Shown in pieces: positions 58,538 through 61,090 of a stretch of 61,090 bases of DNA. Every line of letters starts with the position of its first letter. Within the stretch, counting starts at the first letter, position 1. Location of the stretch: assembly GCA_020847755.1 (NCBI GenBank), contig JADLBK010000175.1:1-61090 (forward strand), written 5' to 3'. This DNA is from Flavobacteriales bacterium (GTDB lineage: Bacteria; Bacteroidota; Bacteroidia; Flavobacteriales_F; PHOS-HE28). The translations under genes and the position numbers were made by a program. Under the pieces are notes generated by a model. That model was not told the origin of the DNA, searched no databases, and saw nothing but the letters and a program-made list of their open reading frames with translations.

Positions 58538-58615
58538 TGGTGGGCACTGCAGGATTCGAACCAGCGACCCCTACCCTGTCAAGGTAGTGCTCTGAACCAG
58601 CTGAGCTAAGTGCCC
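58538..58615 (-). tRNA. tRNA-Val (anticodon GAC), CCA encoded
   Basis: The cloverleaf folds by hand. The acceptor is GGGCACT/AGTGCCC, the D arm GCTC..GAGC, and the anticodon arm CTACC-TTGACAG-GGTAG. The T arm is GCTGG-TTCGAAT-CCTGC with one T:T mismatch, followed by discriminator A and CCA. Confidence 0.9.
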
Positions 58616-58692
58616 GAAGGGGCGGCAAAGGTAACCGCCGGTTCCGAACCGACGCCACGAACGGATCGGCCCCCGCCGCCGTTATCCATCGC

Positions 58693-59175
58693 ATGCGCCC
58701 CCTCCTGTTCCTTTGCGGGCTGTGGACCCTCGGGGCCTGCGGTCAACCGACCACCGCCCCGGCCCAACACCCCTCCACCATGAAGACCGACGCCGAATGG
58801 AAGGCCGCCCTATCGCCTGAGGAATACCGCGTGCTGCGCCAGAAGGGCACCGAACGCGCCTTCACCGGTGCGTACTGGGACCACCACGACGAGGGCGTGT
58901 ACCGCTGCGCTGGCTGCGGCCAGGCGCTGTTCGGCAGCGACACCAAGTTCGACAGCGGTACGGGCTGGCCCAGCTTCTTCCGGCCGGTGGAGCCCGGATC
59001 GGTGGCCGAGCACAGCGACCGCACCCTGGGCATGGTGCGCACCGAGGTGGTGTGCAGCCGCTGCGGCGGCCACCTCGGCCATGTGTTCCCCGATGGGCCG
59101 CGTCCCACGGGCATGCGCTACTGCATCAACTCGGTGTCGCTGCGTTTCGAACCGGCGGCGGCGGAAAAGCCCTGA
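58693..59175 (+). CDS. msrB: peptide-methionine (R)-S-oxide reductase MsrB with lipoprotein-type signal
   Basis: The signal is [16 protein letters not shown]. It is followed by ..[48 protein letters not shown].......R.....[29 protein letters not shown]. Confidence 0.95.
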   Translation: MRPLLFLCGLWTLGACGQPTTAPAQHPSTMKTDAEWKAALSPEEYRVLRQKGTERAFTGAYWDHHDEGVYRCAGCGQALFGSDTKFDSGTGWPSFFRPVEPGSVAEHSDRTLGMVRTEVVCSRCGGHLGHVFPDGPRPTGMRYCINSVSLRFEPAAAEKP

Positions 59176-59230
59176 GCGGCGTCAGCCCCGGCGTGCGGCG
59201 GCCGACTACATTTGCCGTCAGCAGCGCACG

Positions 59231-59866
59231 ATGGCACAGCACACGATCTCCGACAGTGGCCGGATCTTCCAGAACCCGGTGCTGGAGGCCCTCACCAAGA
59301 CGCACATCGCGATCCCCCTCACGCTCTTTTACGGAAGCGGGGTGGTGGCCACGCTGTACGGCGTGCTCCGGCTGAAGCTGGACCTGGCCGCCAGCGTCGG
59401 CCTGTTCCTGGTGGGCGCCTTCTTCTTCACCTTGGTGGAGTACTTGGTGCACCGCTACTTCTACCACATGGAGGCCAGCAACCCGAAGCGGCAGCGGGTG
59501 CAGTACATCTTCCACGGCATCCACCACGACCACCCGCGCGACAAGAAGCGGCTGGCGCTGCCGCCCCTGATGACCGTGCTGGTGGCGGCCATGTTCCTGG
59601 GGCTCTTCCGCCTGCTGCTGGGCAGCTACGGCTGGGCCTTCGGCGGCGGTTTCATGGTGGGCTACGCCACCTACCTGCTGGCCCACTACGCCATCCACAT
59701 CCACCGCCCCCCGAAGAACTTCCTGTCGCTCATCTGGAAGCACCACAACCTGCACCACTTCGCCGACACCGATGGCGCCTTCGGCGTCAGCTCGCCCTTC
59801 TGGGACCACGTGTTCGGCACCATGCCCCGCGACCCGCGCGCCAAGCGCGAGGCGGCCGGCGCCTGA
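59231..59866 (+). CDS. fatty acid hydroxylase / sterol desaturase-family membrane protein
   Basis: The His boxes are HRYFYH, HGIHHDH and HHNLHH. It has 4 TM helices. Confidence 0.85.
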   Translation: MAQHTISDSGRIFQNPVLEALTKTHIAIPLTLFYGSGVVATLYGVLRLKLDLAASVGLFLVGAFFFTLVEYLVHRYFYHMEASNPKRQRVQYIFHGIHHDHPRDKKRLALPPLMTVLVAAMFLGLFRLLLGSYGWAFGGGFMVGYATYLLAHYAIHIHRPPKNFLSLIWKHHNLHHFADTDGAFGVSSPFWDHVFGTMPRDPRAKREAAGA

Positions 59867-59930
59867 GCGGGATCACGCGCACGCGGACACGCACGACCGG
59901 AAGTGGCGTTCTCCTTGAGCGGCGAACAGC

Positions 59931-61088
59931 TCAGACAGCGGCCTCCTTGTCGGCCACCGGCACGCCCAACACCTTCTTCAGCACATCCACGGTGCGGTCG
60001 ATCTCATCCCGCGTGGTGTAGCGGCTGAACGAGAAGCGGATGTTGGCGCCGGTGACCTCGGGGTACAGGGCGCCCAGCACATGGCTGCCCGCATTGCTGC
60101 CGCTGCTGCACGCGCTGCCGCCGCTGCAGGCGATGCCTTCGATGTCCAGGTGGTAGATGAGCATCTCGGCCTTGCCGTCGTCGGGGAAACGCACGTTGAG
60201 CACGGTGTACAGGCTGTCCGGACCGATGTCGCCATTGAAGGCCACGCCCGGCACCTCGGCGCGCAGGCGGGCGACCATGTGGTCCTTGAGGCCGCGGACG
60301 TGCCGCTGGTGCTCCTCCAGGTGCGCGTAGGCCAGGTCGAGCGCAGTGGCCAGGCCCACGATGCCGGCCACGTTCTCCGTACCGCCCCGCATGTTCCGCT
60401 CCTGCGAACCACCCTGGATCATGGGCTTCAGGCCCAGGCCTTCGCGCTGGTACAGGAAGCCCACGCCCTTGGGACCGTGGAACTTGTGCGCGCTCGCGCT
60501 CAGCATGTCCACGGGCAGGGTGCTGAGGTCGAAGGCGTAGTGCCCCATGGTCTGCACCGTGTCGCTGTGGAAGAGCGCCTGGTGGCGGCGGCAGAGGGTG
60601 CCGATGGCCTGCAGGTCGTTGCGGGTGCCCACCTCGTTGTTGGCGTGCATCAGGCTCACCAGGGCCTGGGGGTGGGCGGCCAGCAGCTCCTCCAGGTGGG
60701 CCAGGTCGGCGCGGCCGTCGGCGTCCAGCCGCACCCAATGCACCTGCACGGGACCGCTGCGGCCCAGTTCGTGGGCGGTGTGCTCGATGGCGTGGTGCTC
60801 GATGGGCGAGGTGATCAGGTGGCGCACGCCGCGGTCGCGCACGCTGCAGGCCAGGGCCATGGTGTCCGCCTCGGTGCCGCCGCTGGTGAAGATGATCTCG
60901 CCCGGCATGCAGTGCAGGCGTTCGGCCACGGTGCGGCGCGCCCGCTCCACGGCGGCGCGGCTGCGGCGCCCGAAGGCGTGGATGCTGCTGGGGTTGCCGA
61001 ACTCCTCCCGCAGGCAGGCCGTCATGGCCTCCAGCACTTCGGGGGCCAGCGGCGTGGTGGCGGCGTTGTCCAGGTAGATGCGGTTCAT
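59931..61088 (-). CDS. cysteine desulfurase (class V aminotransferase, NifS/IscS-like)
   Basis: It starts MNRIYLDNAATTP. ..FTSGGTEA.. and SASAHKFHGPKG (PLP Lys) are present, with ..GGSACSSG as the catalytic Cys loop. The start codon is 3 nt from the window end. Confidence 0.95.
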   Translation of the reverse strand: MNRIYLDNAATTPLAPEVLEAMTACLREEFGNPSSIHAFGRRSRAAVERARRTVAERLHCMPGEIIFTSGGTEADTMALACSVRDRGVRHLITSPIEHHAIEHTAHELGRSGPVQVHWVRLDADGRADLAHLEELLAAHPQALVSLMHANNEVGTRNDLQAIGTLCRRHQALFHSDTVQTMGHYAFDLSTLPVDMLSASAHKFHGPKGVGFLYQREGLGLKPMIQGGSQERNMRGGTENVAGIVGLATALDLAYAHLEEHQRHVRGLKDHMVARLRAEVPGVAFNGDIGPDSLYTVLNVRFPDDGKAEMLIYHLDIEGIACSGGSACSSGSNAGSHVLGALYPEVTGANIRFSFSRYTTRDEIDRTVDVLKKVLGVPVADKEAAV

Positions 61089-61090
61089 GC

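Overview
This is a high-G+C, gene-dense chromosomal window of about 60 protein-coding genes and one tRNA. It most likely comes from a member of the Bacteroidota. The evidence is at least seven proteins with type IX secretion C-terminal sorting domains, a CarboxypepD_reg-type TonB-dependent receptor, DarA/DarB resorcinol genes, and a TAnnTTTG -7 promoter motif.

Most of the window is housekeeping or ordinary accessory content:
- Housekeeping genes: pyrD, HMG-CoA lyase, smpB, msrB, a cysteine desulfurase, a cold-shock protein, RidA and tRNA-Val(GAC).
- A DtxR-family regulator / ZIP transporter / TonB-receptor metal locus.
- An MbnP-like operon.
- A partial flexirubin-type cluster (KS + CLF-like KS, ABC-2 exporter, BtrH-like protein, DarB, DarA) running directly into a glycosyltransferase / acetyltransferase / deacetylase operon.
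- An ACP plus condensation-like acyltransferase pair converging on a sulfotransferase.

The features that the gene models do not explain are non-coding or mobile:
1. A 959-bp intergenic region (41824-42782) filled by six copies of an 18-22 bp palindrome, spaced every 170-173 bp, with two alternating repeated spacer types.
2. A RelE/ParE toxin-antitoxin pair bracketed by two copies of a module made of a carboxyltransferase C-terminus-like mini-ORF plus a 119-bp repeat.
3. A frameshifted REP-associated tyrosine transposase (RAYT) with a paralog fragment and a repeated 36-bp imperfect palindrome.
4. A 169-bp MITE-like element whose 20-bp terminal inverted repeats contain the stop codon of one glycosyltransferase gene and the start codon of the next.
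5. A 1.7-kb AT-richer insertion carrying a polytopic membrane protein, flanked by 39-bp direct repeats.

Many long ORFs in the six-frame track are antisense or off-frame artefacts of the high G+C content and are not called. All functional calls rest on my recognition of motifs and families in the translations. No database search was run.
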